The position numbers were made by a program, and so were the translations under genes. DNA of 63,238 nucleotides, filler included, from Collodictyon triciliatum (Eukaryota), in the NCBI GenBank assembly GCA_043381765.1. It is 6 parts of 6 records of this genome, joined end to end, with 100 filler letters (N's around TTAATTAATTAA, not from the genome) between each part and the next. Parts side by side here need not be neighbours in the genome. Positions count along the whole stretch, not along the records: positions 1 to 22,436 come from JBHJMP010000250.1; 5 more parts are not named here. One strand, given 5' to 3'. This document shows positions 1-19,300 of the stretch, piece by piece. Every line of letters begins with the position of its first letter. The stretch's first letter is position 1. Below the pieces are notes generated by a model, which ran no database searches, was not told where the DNA came from, and saw nothing but the letters and a program-made list of their open reading frames with translations.

Positions 1-1367
1 TTGATGTAGACGAAAAAGTCGAAGATTACAACTTCGAAGAACCAGCCAGAGCTCAATTCCTTGAAAATCCAAGGGTTAGAAAATATATAATGATATCACC
101 AGATGCATTAATCAACGCACTCAAATCTCACATCTGATGGTTTTCACAATTCAGGAATTACAACTATTTATTCTTTAAACATTTTTTCCCGAAAATATGC
201 ATGATTTTTTTATGTTCTTTTCATACTTTCATTTTTAGATGCAGAGTCAAAGACCCTCTGATTTGGACCAAAACCAAGCGGTAGTTCAGCTTGCTGAGGT
301 CCTACTGAAGCAGCAACACATTCAAACAGCCTTACCAATCTCTACATAAGAGCATACAATCATCCACTCTTCTTTTCATACAAGAGTCGTGATGTGTAAT
401 CAATCAGATTTGAAAGGAAATGTTTTCAACGATAATAATGCACATCAAAACAGGCAATTTCACTTCTGGGTGACCGCTTAAGTGCAATTGAAGGAAGAAT
501 CCAGCGAAGCTTGGAAAAAATGGACGGCAGAATGTCTGTGGTAGAAAGTCGTTTATCCTTCTTGGAAAGTATAACATCACCGGCTGAAGATACATCAAAC
601 CATCAGGTTGTCACTCTTTCTGTCATACGTGAGCATAATGAAAAGTGTTTAAGTATTTTAAAATTATAAAGTTGCTCGGAATCGAATAAAGGAGAAAAAA
701 TTAAAATATTCATGGCAAAACCATCGGGTGGCTTTCTTAATCACTGTTTGTAGGCCTTCAACAAAATCCCAACCTCTGGTTCGTCAAATGGTCGGCTTAT
801 GCCTTGAGGAATATCGTCTATTATTTTCACATCTCTGTTTATTTTCTTGTATTTTTATAATTCTTATTTTGTAAATGCGGTGTCTGTGTAGGAGATAAAA
901 CGAAGAGCTTGAATATGGAAAACAGCACATTCTCAAGTCATTTTTCAGAAAGAGTGCACCCCGAAAAATCAGGAAACGTCATCGGAGCTTCTAAAGCGGT
1001 CTACTTTTTTCCATTAAGACAATCCCTTCGTTATTCCTTTTCTTTTTCTTTTTCTATTCATTTTCCTTTACTTTAATCTAATTCTTGTCTCTCATGATTA
1101 TAAGCTTTAATGATTTACTACATACACAGATCGATGAAACCAATGACTTTATTTCCCAAATCAACGAGAGGCTTCAAAGGAGAAATCAAACGAAGCAATC
1201 TGCCAGTAAAGAGATGGTTGGTTCTATCATTAGGCTATCATTCAATCAATTAATCAATCAAAAAATTCATGGAGCACATACAGAAAAAATAATACTATTT
1301 TCAATTTTAGAGACTTGCCACAGACGCTGCGATTATTTATGGCGATGTGAATGGCGCCACTGACTAA
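1..1367 (+). CDS. Unknown protein with a coiled-coil segment, 3' part of a spliced gene (5' end probably outside the window)
   Basis: Phase-consistent GT-AG exons near 239-298, 454-606, 754-790, 892-998, 1130-1216 and 1310-1367 join to MQSQRPSDLDQNQAVVQLAE-AISLLGDRLSAIEGRIQRSLEKMDGRMSVVESRLSFLES...IDETNDFISQINERLQRR...RLATDAAIIYGDVNGATD*. No family recognised. Confidence 0.6.
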
Positions 1368-2275
1368 AATGTTCATTTTGGATTTACTCAATCTCTCTTT
1401 ACTATCTGCCACCGATGTATTAATTGACGCTATAAACACGAGCAAAAAGCTAATCTTGGCGTTTGAGTCACATCCCAATTCCTTCTAATATCATTTAATC
1501 AATCCATCAATCCATCACTCTATCCTTGCAAGACTGATAACTTCCATTTTTGTACCTACTTTATCCACATATAGAATCATAGACAAAATAATGTCAATAT
1601 ATCCTAATATGGAATATTTATCACAATGTGGGTAATCCAGATATTTCAAAGAAATTCGATGCAAATGTATCGCCGTTGGATTCACTATTCAGCGATTACA
1701 ACCGTGTGGAATGGCAAATCCTGTCATTTTTCATGGAAAGATTTACTTACCCAGATGGGATTGAAAATAGAATGTTCCAATTTTCAAAACAAAATGCGTT
1801 CATCCTATCATTTGCAAGGAGATAAATAATGGGGAAAAAAACTGGCGTATATAAAACACAGAGAAAATCAAATGCTATGTTTATTGTGTGTTCTTATTGT
1901 AGGTCAAGGCAAATCAATAGAACATTCTGCGCCATCCGAAAGTCACAACGACAGGCGAACAAACCCTCACACGACCCAAAGGATGAGAGAACACCATCTA
2001 ACCGTAGAGAGAAGAACAATCAAAAAACAAAAAAAAAAAAACGAGCCATCTTCAGCAGCATCAATCACAATAATCGAATCATAAGCCTCACACAACCGGA
2101 TTCCAATGACTCACTTAGATGAAACGTGCTCGAAAGATATAACCGCCAATGTCGATGCCATGTCCGGGTTGAAATACACACCCTCTACCCGGCTATCAAA
2201 GAAAATCACTGAATCTCTCTTTTGCATTCTTCAGCACAGGAGGCAAAGTCCAACACCAAACTAGCGCGGCAACAA

Positions 2276-7439
<5,164 letters not shown>

Positions 7440-7472
7440 GATGAATATCCATAAAAGTTAAAAAAAAAAGGA

Positions 7473-8303
7473 TTTTTTTTGAATCTTATGTTCGATGTTT
7501 TCACAGTGGTCTGTTATTTGTGCAGCATGGTGGAGATGCTGGCTTTGGTTTGCTAGCCATCGTTTGCATGGACGCTACTTGGTGGCCGGGTGGCGGAGAA
7601 GTAGTCGGTAATCAGGAATTACATCCTGCACTTTGGCCTGTAGCCTGGGTCTTGTGCTTGCATAAGAGATACAAGGCGAGGTTGAATCTATTTCTCAGAT
7701 TCTTTCCACATGTCTCTTCTCACGGGGTCGGAGTAGTAGAGAACGTGCAGGTGGCGAAGGAAGTTATTGAGAAAAGATATTTGTATGATGTCATTCAGCC
7801 TATTGTCAGGAATGGGTGGTTGGTTGTTGAGTCTTGTCTTGCGTGAATATATGCACGCTATCCACATAGTCCGTAGAAAATGGCCTCGCGTCACTGCCCA
7901 GAATGTTTTTGCATCTGGACGCAGCTGTTGCAGAGGCCCAAATATCGCCTGGATTGGGCCAACAGCCGCAGCTGTCTTGAGTGTCAGTCGAAGAATCTCA
8001 CCGGCTGTTTCGCGCAGGTTTTGAGCGAAGGGACATTGCACAAATGTGTGCTCAATGGATTCATCACTGTTGCTGCAAAGTGTGCATTGTTGGGAGACTT
8101 TGCCAGCCTTTGCCGCACGTGTGCCTATCCAGAGCTCCATATTGGTGATATTAAGCATTAGAGAGCGGTGATTTGGAAGGACTTGCGGGGTTCGTGCTTG
8201 TCTCCAGCTCGCGGTGAGCTGGGTGTGGGCGATGCACCCCCTTATCAAATGCCGCAATGGGAATGTACGATGTTGGCCATCAGCAACCTCGAGTTCGACT
8301 TTT
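7473..8303 (-). mobile_element. 5'-truncated non-LTR retrotransposon (L1/Tx1-like LINE) fragment: ORF2 C-terminus with zf-RVT CCHC motif, 3' UTR and short poly(A)
   Basis: ORF 7688-8257 contains CTLCSNSDESIEHTFVQCPFA (CxxC..H..C zinc knuckle typical of LINE ORF2 C-termini), followed by a LRTMWIAC-type segment. It is intronless and more GC-rich than its flanks. The T8 run at 7473-7480 is poly(A) on the minus strand. No RT core or clear target-site duplication (TSD) seen. Confidence 0.8.
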
Positions 8304-8817
8304 ATTATCTGGTATTATCTAATTCATAGTCTTGGTCACTTTTATTTTGTTTTTTATATTTATATTTATCGTTATCTCTATTAACTTGCTTTCCTTATGA
8401 TGGTATTGGGTACTTAAATGCAGCTAGATTGGCTCAGTGTTGAAAAAATCGGTTTGTGATACATCATCTTTTCTTTTCTTTTTCGCTATATTTATTTTAG
8501 CGTACTTCGAGAGTGCAAAGAATGAATAAATAAATAGATAATCACTGTTATTGCTATAGTCATTGGAATCATGGTACAAAATCGAACCGATATTCTAGAA
8601 TATCTTTCTTTGGTTTTTGATAAACCTTTATGACTGCGCTTGGCACGTGACCATTTCCCATTCAGAGGAAAAAATGCAAAGAAATGAAAAGAAAAGCTGG
8701 CGTGGTATGTGTTTATGCGGGTCAGTGTTTAATTTCTCTGCACCCTGAAGCAAATACCGCGCATTCTTCTGAGTCCGAAAGGTGATGTGGTTCTACGGTT
8801 GCGGCCTTGTAGCTTTG

Positions 8818-8943
8818 TCATTTCCTAATATGCACTAAATGGTGAGCACTACCGCTTCCAATATGCACAATCCATTTATTTCACATGTTCAACTTTGATA
8901 TATATATATATATATATGCAATCATTTAAAAAACAAACATGTG

Positions 8944-9016
<73 letters not shown>

Positions 9017-12000
9017 CCAACCTGTCACGGCTTTGATTGGTATTGCGGAACCCGAACAACCCAGTCTTTGCTCCATGCGACGTATTCGTGGTTTGTCGGG
9101 ACTCCTGTGTATTCGTGAAAATGCATAAGGCATATCCGTACCATTTTCATTGGCATCTATGTTGACATGGAACGAAAAAATATCTGAAAAATGCCCACAC
9201 ACCTGTGGAACCATGGTTGCGTTTTCAGGTGCTACATGCGCTGTGCTATTAATGATTTGAATTTTTGCGTCGTTGAGCTGTTTCATGATGTTTCCCTGTA
9301 TCCATACATATTAGTGAAATGAAAAGAAAAAAAAACTGGATGTAAAGCCCAATAACATCTTTTCAAAAAAAAAAAAAGGAGAGATTTCATCTTTTTAACA
9401 TTACTTTTTGTAAAATCAACAAGCTTGTGTGCACAAAAAGAAAAAACATAAACTATATAATGTTGTGCATACCTTTTCCAATAAGATGTTGTAAAGCACT
9501 ATGTTCTCTTCGCTGAGAGTGACAGAAGATTGGAAATTTTTTGCTTCTTCCAATACCTAAAGATTAGAGAGTGAATGCAGAGAAATTCACGATGTCATAG
9601 CCATGCATGAATCTGTCTGTGTTTCATTTCTTTTCGATTGCTTATTTCAAAGCTCGATTGTGATAGAAAGAACATCGATCCTTTGACGTTTTGAAAGGCT
9701 TACCGCGTCAATCTTTGAGTTTTGTTCTTCAATAAATTCATCCATTGTGGTAAAGGAGCTTTGCTTGCGCACCATCGTATCAATCATTTGTGTTCCGATT
9801 CGGTCGAATAGTTTCAGAATCTACCAAGATTATAAGTGACATCACATATAAGAACACATTTTTTAATAAACGAGCGGTGAAAATGGTTGCAGTGGTACTC
9901 TCATTTTACAGAGGATAGAGAGGGACAGAGTTGGAAAAATAAAATACATGTTCACGATGCTTTTCGCTTAGATAGGCATTAGGGTCAAGAGCCACTTGAG
10001 GAGCTTTCGATGCAGCTGGGCTTGTCCTCGAGGTTTTCTCGAGCTCATCAACCTTTTATTTTTTTAATTAATTGTTCACACATGATTCCAGCAGAACATT
10101 AGATATATTGGTATTGTTAACTTGAGTATGTGATATAATTAAATTTTCATGCACAATTAAAAGTTTTTTATTGTATACAAAATATATGTATAATAAAATG
10201 AAAGTTTGAAAGAGTTCACCTCTTGATAGTAGAACAAAAAGCAAATATTATAAAAGCTTTTATACAAATGAGTGAATGAATGGATCGTGTGTGTATCTCT
10301 TCAGTAAGATTCAATTACCTTTCTCTTTAGTCTCTCGACCTCTCTCTTTGAATCTGATAGGGTTTGGTCCAACTGCTCTAGTTCTCCTTTAAGCTGCAAT
10401 ATAAAATATCTATAGTTCAGAGTCTAATGACGGAAATAATCTCCGATAATGCCGATTTTATCGATTTTTTCATAATAAAAAAAATACCCTTCTCTCCTCG
10501 TCAGCCCAAGCTTTGCGCTTTTCTGAATGAGCAGCTTGCAAATCAGCAATCTACACATCAGCCATGATATATTCAGAAAATAAAATTGTTCGAAATACTT
10601 GACAAGTATGATGCAAATGATGGCAATTAAAAGGATATGATGAATAGTGCAAATATGCCGACAGTTCAGTCAACGTATACCATTGGTCCAGAAAATAAAT
10701 AAAAATTGTAACCTTTTTTTGGAACGGAGCAACTATGGACTCGCGGTCGATATCAGCAGACTGTTGTTTACGAAGTGTTTGCAAAGTGAGCAAGGGAAAG
10801 ACTGGTGATACTAATGCAGATGGAAACAAGCCTCTGTTGAATTGCCGAGCGAATCCGAGTGTCCGTCCGGGCGACTCTGCTGACCTCTCTTGAGGATTTC
10901 AGCCTCTTTTGCCAATGTGAGAACTTTTCTTTCGGATGTAGCTAGCTTTTCCTGTACCACTTGCAACGAACTTTCAGCCTTTTCAAGCTCCGATTGCAAG
11001 TGAGCTTTCTGAATGTATGGAGATTTGTTTATAAACGTGTGCTTAAAAAAAGTCTTGGAAATATGAATTTAAAACACGCACAAAGGAAAGGCTAAAAAAA
11101 AAAAAAGTAAAGTAAATAATTTATCACAATACATCATGTTCAGCTGAAGTAACGTGGCTTCGAAGCGCTTCGATATCTTCCTCCTTGGAAGCAATCTTAA
11201 AAAGAAAAAAAAGGAGAGAAATATTAAAGGGGTTTGGGAGAACCCCCCAAATAGAATATGCTTTTTTTTTTGTTGCTGTTTTAATCCAGGGTGATGTCAC
11301 GTACGTTTTGTTCCAGAGTTTTCTTTTCCTCTTCGACATCACTAAGTTGCTATAATTATTGTTTTTGTTTTTGTTTTTAAAAAAAATGGTTGGTGCAAAA
11401 TAGGTTATTCTCTGCATGCTCTGATAAGTGTTAAAAAAGAGTTATCTCTTACTAACGTTAAAAAAAAATAGAAAGATATTAAATAGCGCCAATCGAAGAA
11501 TTACCTTGCGGAGTCGCTTCTCTGTTTCTTCAAGACGAGCAGTCTTTTTCTTCAGAGATTCCTGTTATTGGGTATAATTAAGATGGGTAATTGAATTGAA
11601 CATAGATGAGAGAATATTGTTTTTTCATGATAGTAAATGATTCCTTTAATTAAATCATAATTACGTTTTCTTCTTTTTCTCTCTTTCTGGCCATTTCCTG
11701 GAATTCATCTTCAGGTGCCAGTCTAGAGACAGAGCGCGGCTAAATCCAACACATAAACAAAAAAAGAGAATGAATGCTTCTCCTCAGTTATATATTCAAT
11801 CTGGAAAGGAATAAATGCTGTTCAGGTGTAACATGACATGAGTCAAATTACCGTTAAAGTAGATGCAAGTGACAGTCTCTCAATCTCGCCTTCCAAATCA
11901 GAAATTTTTTCCTTTGTCTTGGTGTGAGCTCTTCGCTCTCTGTCTTTATCATCTGTGAGTTCCTCAACCTAAAGAAAAGTCATCAAGTTCAATTCAGCAT

Positions 12001-15000
12001 TCCCAGAAGTTTATTTTATCCGAACATCTGTTGATTTAAAAGCGCATTGTAAATTAATTTATAAATCGATTACACTGAATCCTACCTGTGATGTCAATTC
12101 CAGTACCTGATTTCTGAGCTCAGCAATCTTTTCTCTGTCTAGCTCACATTTGGATGAGAATCGATATTGTGTTTAACTTCCAAAAGCTTCAAAAAAAAAA
12201 GTATTATATGATAAAATAAATTATTTATCAAATATGAAAAGTACCTTTTCTGGCCTTTGATTCCATATCCCTTATCTTATCGGCGGTCTTTTCTTCCTCA
12301 TCCTCAATTGTTTTCTCTAGATCAGCCACCTTTTATTCATTTTTTTTTTTTGAGGAGAGTTCAGTATGAGGGGATTTGATAAATTACTTTTTCTTTTTCT
12401 TTTTTTTGGCATCGACAAACATAGTGAAATAGTACAATCATGTTATGGAGTGGATGTTCTTGAAATAATACTTGAAGGAAGGCTAACCTTTCGCCGGTTG
12501 TCTTCAGCGTCTCTTTTAGCTTGAGTATAATTTCTTTTTGCAGAAGCTAACTCACGCTCAAGTTCGGATATTCTCGTTTCAGCCTCATTTTCATCCATAT
12601 TTCCAGAGTCTTCGAGCTCTTCAATCTGATTTGTTAAATAAAAGCTTGATTGGGTCATAGATGGCAAAATCGTAAAAGGAAAAAAGAGAGAGAAATGAAA
12701 AAAAAATAGCAGTTAGATGGACAATTGCATACTTTTTTGTTCAATCTCTCCTTTTCTTGTTCCCAAGTTTCCTTGCTTAATTCAAAATCGTTCAAGGTAT
12801 CTTCATAATCCCGTTTGAACTTATTTCGTGAATCTGTCACCGTAGTCAGCTTCTTATTCAGAGAATCATTCTAAAAAAATGAATTTCCAGTAAGTTGTAT
12901 CCTAATTAAGAGATCGAAGACCAATTTGTTTGCGCATGGTGGTCAAGACAGCCTTATTGTTGTTTAAAATACATATAGACGAAGCATGATTTATAATTCT
13001 TATTTACTATAGGAGTTGACACAAACATCTATTTTCAGTCGAGATATAGCCATATTCAGATCACGAATTTCAGCATCCTTCTTGTTAAGCTTCTCTTCAA
13101 ACTCAGTGTCACTCGATTGCTTCTCATTTTTCATTCTTTGAAGCTTACGCTTTGACTCTTCAACCTGTTTTGAGTGGTAGTGATATTTATCCAGGGTGAA
13201 TAGCTTTCCATTCGGATCTGATTTCACATACCTTATTGGACTATTCACAGTATGTGTTAAAAAAAAACCTCTTCAGAAAGCTCTGCATTTTTAAGCTCCA
13301 AGTCTGCGACATCCTTTCCTAATTTTTCGTTGTTGAATTTCAGCTCCGATACCTTAATGTGTATGACGTGATATTTAGTCCAGATGTTTTGTTTGAGAGA
13401 TTAAAAAAAAAAATGCATATCGAATCCGAATATGGCATTCATTTTATGTCGTTACAAATATGTGAGGCATGAAAAAAAAATAATCATTTATTCGATTCAA
13501 TGCGCGAGGCATGAAAATTTCAAAGAATTGACAATATATATAAAAAAATACTTCATTGTCAGAGACGGCAGCTCTCTTTGACAATTCATCCTCAAGCTCT
13601 TTAATCTACGAGTAAGAATTGGATAATCAACAATTTTTCATTTTTATTTAATTTTAATTCATTTTTCTGTCACCTTCAGCTCAGTAAATTTCGAGCGACG
13701 GGCGGCTTCTTCTTGCTCCCTGATCTTTTCCTCTCTCAGGCGAGCCTCTTCTTCTGCTTTCAATCGAGCCAACTTGTTCGATTGATGGGAGAATATTAGG
13801 GTTATGAAGGAGTTGCATATCATTCTTTTATTAACACTAATCAATCAATATTTTATATTAAAATAAAAAAAACCAGGACAGCTAGATATAAATCACCTCC
13901 TCCGCTTTTCTCTTCTCTTCCTCCTCTTGCTCCCTCCTCTTTCGGTTGAGTAATGCGAGTTCTTCCTGAATTGTGATATTAGTTTTTAAAAATAGTATAT
14001 TTGCTTCATCCTTTTTTTTTTTCACTTTACCATGAAAACTAATGAATACACTATGCGAATTTCTCAGACAGTACCTGTTCTCTGAAACGCCGCTCCTCAT
14101 CTTCACGCTTTTATTAAATGGTTTTTTTTTCGAATTATTTATTGCTGTAAGGTCACTTTCACCATAGACGCACAAATAATAAAAGAAAGAATCAAACTAC
14201 ATAATCGATAGTATTTCTTTTCATTTACGCCAACCTCACGACGACGGGCTTCTTCCTTTTCTTTTTGTAGTGCAGCTCTACGGAGAGCTTCAGCTTGTTC
14301 CCTGGCCTAAAAAGTATGGAAATAAAATTAAATTAATCTAATTATCCCATCACGCATCATATTCAATTTATCCTATTTTAAAAATTAGGTATAGTATAAA
14401 TTATTCATACGATTCTCTCATGTTGCTCTTTTTCTTTCTGCTTGCGCTCTATAATGACCATTATTGAGTTTGATAGAATTTTTTTTATAAGGGATAAATA
14501 CTCCTCCAAACACTGTACCGTGGATTACCTCGCTCTTTTCTTAGATGAGACTCTCTGAATTCTTTGATTTTAGGGACATAAATCTAGTAAAAATAATAAT
14601 AATTGATATTGATATTGATATTGATATTGATATTGATATTGATATTGATATTGATATTGATATTGATATTGATATTGATATTGAATATATAAGGAGTCGT
14701 GCACTGCACATAAGTGTATATTTGCGATGAAAGAAAGGAAAATATAACAATCTAAACAAGTTTAGTGTTTTACAGATAAAAATGCAAATATGCAGTAAGA
14801 ATTATACAACATATACAAATGATGTCAGAACCTTGCGGGCTTGTCTGCCACGGAATAGCTTCTGAGCTATGACAGTTGATTCTCTCAAAGAGACAAACTC
14901 CTTTCTCTTAAAGTGCATGCGGATAACTTGGGTCATAAAGAAAATGAAGTTAAGATTTTCATAAGGACCACCCAACCCAACATGCATTTACGTTACCCGA

Positions 15001-16251
15001 CTGTGCTATAACAACCATTCGGGTGTACTTGATACGCCGGGACAAACGGATCCAACTTCGCGCGATGAAATACCCTCGAACAGCCGCGCGAATAAGCATG
15101 CGGAAAGCACGAATGGCTTTTAAGCGTCGGTTTACTAATAATAAAAATAAAAAAAGTGAAGAAATTTTGCTATTATCTGCGGATGTAACCAAGTAAACTT
15201 CGGAGAGAATATCTCGGTCATATGCGAAAAATGTAAAATGATAGGGGAAACCACTGCGAGAGAAAAAAATTGTGGTTTATTCTCAAGTAAGGTCAATATT
15301 ACAAATCCAGCAAATTACTTTTATAATACGCTAATGAAGTCCAAAATGCACGCTTTAATCTCTTTTTGCAAACCCATCGCCTAATTTTTATGATGACTGC
15401 AGGAGAGATTTCTTTGCCATCCCCGATTAATTCCTCAAGGAGTGCAAGCTAAGTATAAAGTAACCTTGTAAATCATATGGCGTACTTGTACGAGTGTCCT
15501 TCAACGTAAAAGGTTGATAATGTATGATCGATTGAAGTTAATATCAACATGAGTCTCTTTCATTCTACGGAATGCGTGAACTTACCTTTCCGGAGCGGAA
15601 GAAGAGTTTAGTCAAACCTAGTCCAAAGTCATCCTTATTGCAATCAAGTGCCATTAAAAGGGCCTCACAAAAGTATGGAGGGTCAAGATTCGCAATGGAA
15701 GCAGGAAGAACTGGCTTAAATCTGTAATTTGAGGAGTGATTGCATAATTTATCACATAGAATTTAAAATGTAATTAAATGAGTCAACCCTATATATCTCG
15801 GATAAAATGAATGTGTTCAGCTCATTAACCTCTGATACAAGTCATCGTATGGGCATCGCGTGGGATATCCAGCATGCATGAGCTTCAACACATCAATCAT
15901 TCCATTGCATCTGTATATATATATATATATATTGTTATATTCAAATCATATCTACTCCGTTGAGAGAAAAAAAATGCAATTTTTCGACTCTTTGAATGGC
16001 TTTTGCCAGTTCAAAAATTTTGACTTTGGAGTTTTTGGCTTAAATGGGAAGAATGAGGGATAAAAGTGACATAACAAAAAAAAAAAAAAAAAAAAAATTT
16101 TTATTACCAAAAACTTTGGGGGAAAAAAAGAAAGGAAACTTAATTTGTTTANNNNNNNNNNNNNNNNNNNNNNNNNNNNNNNNNNNNNNNNNNNNNNNNN
16201 NNNNNNNNNNNNNNNNNNNNNNNNNNNNNNNNNNNNNNNNNNNNNNNNNNN

Positions 16252-16323
<72 letters not shown>

Positions 16324-19300
16324 ATTTCATCTCCAGTAGCTTTGGGGGAAGAAAAGAAAGGAAACCTAAGCTGTGTAAGAATCATTCCACCCTCAAAGAT
16401 TTGTGGCTTTTGCTGTTCATTCGGTTTGATACATCGAATAAAATGGCATACTCCAGAGTTCAGTGTGTTCACCAACTCATTTAGTTGTTTCTAACAGTGT
16501 TTTTACCATAAGTATGCGACTTACATATCTAAACAGTATTTGTAAAAAGAAATATACTGAGGTAAAAAATTATAATAATAGAAAAAAGTAAAGCAATATT
16601 TCATACACATATTTACATATGACAGTTATACCGAAAAATAGCTTCCGACTGTTTTCACTGTGCTTTTTCTATCCCCTGGTTCACTCTATTAAATTTTAAT
16701 ATATGAGTTCGATTTATCAAATGTATCGTAATATATATATATATTCTTTCTTTGGTAGAGGTAATGAAGACGTAAGGAACAAAGCTGCAGCGAAAAGTCT
16801 CATAAAGCTGGTAAAGTGCTCACATACTTGCTCATCATACAGGGATTTTATCACTTCGTACGTGCTTGTCAGCATCAATAACATGATATCGGCTCGCAGG
16901 CTTTGATGTTCAGATGAAAATAAATACAAACATATGTACCGAGAAACTGCCATAGATATTAAAATAATTTGCGGGAAAGTGTCTCAATATTGTATGCCGT
17001 TCGTAAATTCTGTGAATCTTACTTGTCATTATTCTTATCCAGAAATCCAGCTGTCATGTAAGTAACCTATTTAGATGTATTATAGATAATAAAAAAAATT
17101 ATCGAAATTTTTAATGTATTAAATGTCTATAAGGACGCCCCATTGAACAGATAAAATACTAATTTGACTGATACAAAGATGTAAAGTGCTGGCATACATC
17201 ACCAGCATAGTGTTTCACAACAAATGCTTCATCTTTGGTGACTCTTGAGCCCGCCTATCATGTTTTATTAAATATTTTTTTTAAAAAAAAAAAAGCTCAA
17301 GAGTGTGACATACATCGATTAAAATGAGTAATTATGATATACATTGGACTGAGATATTGTTGGAGCACGGAAACGTGCATGACTGGCGTATTCTTTGTGG
17401 ATACGATTGGCGAATGTGCTTTTATGTAAAATAATAATCAGCTATTGGATACTTGATAAACTCTAGAGTTCAATCAGTACACTTAAATTGTAAAGTGGAC
17501 GAAAAGAACCAATATACATGTCTGTTGCCTTTGGAAGTCTACATTCTTCATCTAACATCGGGATGATTCCTTTTGGTTTCTGTTAAAAAAAATTATTAAA
17601 GAATTGAAGAAAAAAGACTTTGTCGGTATAAACAGTCAAACAAAGGCCAAACATCATTCAGGAAAGAAAAAAGTAGAAGAAAGATGAGGATTATACCTTC
17701 TCAATCATATCGATACAGTCTTGGTTGTCACTGTACTGAATGTCGGGCACACTAATACCTTCCAGGCGATAAATATCTTTTTCCTAGTGCAATTACGTGT
17801 TACGATGACTGCGCTCAAGTGAATATCGATTTCTGCGATTAAAAATTGTGTATTTGATTGATTTAAACTTGAATAAAGAGGTGTTCGTTGAAGTGCTGCT
17901 GCAGTTTTTCATTAGCAAAATTGATGCAAAACTGTATAAAATAGCGTGACGATTAGGATGTTTACAAAGCCATTGTATGTTCTCTATTTTAAATATGTAA
18001 AAAGGAATAGGTAAATAAGTAAATAAAAATAAGAAGTGAAATCGATTTTATTTCCAGAACGCCTACCTGCTCAAAGCTGTTGGTCTGTTGAGTGATAGAT
18101 TAAACAGTTTTTTAATATACATTCGTATATATGATGATTTTTCATTTTAAAAAAAAAAAGGAATCACGGGGCATCACTATGTTCGTACTCTAGTTTATAG
18201 TAATCCCTTATAATTTGAACAAATTTTGGTTTTACTTGGAAGTATTCAAAGCCGAAGATGTCCAAAATACCGATTGAATTTGATGACAGCTCAGAATCGA
18301 AGCTGAAACTGAAGTTAAAAATATTATTACAATATGAATTTGTGTAAACACCCATAAGACTTTGCGTGTAAAGACGAGCTATAGACAGAATTTTGTGGGC
18401 TCTACTTTCCAAAAATACTACTCGTTCATATTCAATTTCAATAAGTTGTGTTGCTTTTATTCTGGGATAAGAACAAACCTTTCGTTGATTTTCTTGACGA
18501 CATATAAAAATAATCTCTCATATGTTGCCTTTGCAAGAGCATCGCGGGTGTATATAGCCTTTCAAGTAACCGCTTTTGATTAGCAACAACCAATCTCCAT
18601 AAAAATGCTCAGTAGGGGAGGGAGAAAAAAATACATGAGAATTAGTTTCCTATTTCAAAGTCAAGCTGATCTGGTTGACAAAATTACCTCTTGAACTTTC
18701 AAAGGTACTTCATACGAAGAGCCTCTCTTGGTGCCAGAGGATACGATTCTGGATGTCAGCTTCTTCAAAAGAAAACCTTCGTCAAGTCCTAAACACTTGG
18801 CTGCCTTCTTGGCTGATTGCTGAGAAGCTGAAGATAAAGTAATTTGCCACTCAGTATGGCTTATGTATAAATACAAGGAGTTTTTTTTTCTTTTACTTTT
18901 GTATGTTCAAGTTACAAAGTACTGCTACCAATAAAAGTTGAAAATTGCTTGGTGTTCAAATAGTGTCTTGTAAATCATGTAGATTTTGATGTATGATGTG
19001 AGTTTATAAGGGAATTATTTAACGATATCACTGTACCGTCTCCGTCTAGTGTACAACCGTCTCCTGAGCCGACTCCTTTGAAGGATATGTTCCCCTTTAC
19101 GATAGCATTAAATATGTTCAATTAATTATCATAATAGGCCTTTACTTCATATTGGGAATGTGAAAAAATCTAAGCCATTCACATAAGTCACAAACCCAAA
19201 GACAGTATTCATGATTGCATCGGTAAAATAGATAATAATGATTCTACAAATACTAATACTAATTATTTTACCAAGTGCAGTAACCCAGCAACAACGCTAA

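Noticed and set aside
1626-2122. Short ORFs between the first gene and OvoA
   Set aside because: No recognisable motifs or consistent splice path; probably intergenic or UTR sequence.
8768-8790. Hammerhead-ribozyme-like CTGAGTCCGAAAGG
   Set aside because: It lacks the CUGANGA core, the GAAA after stem II and the flanking stems.
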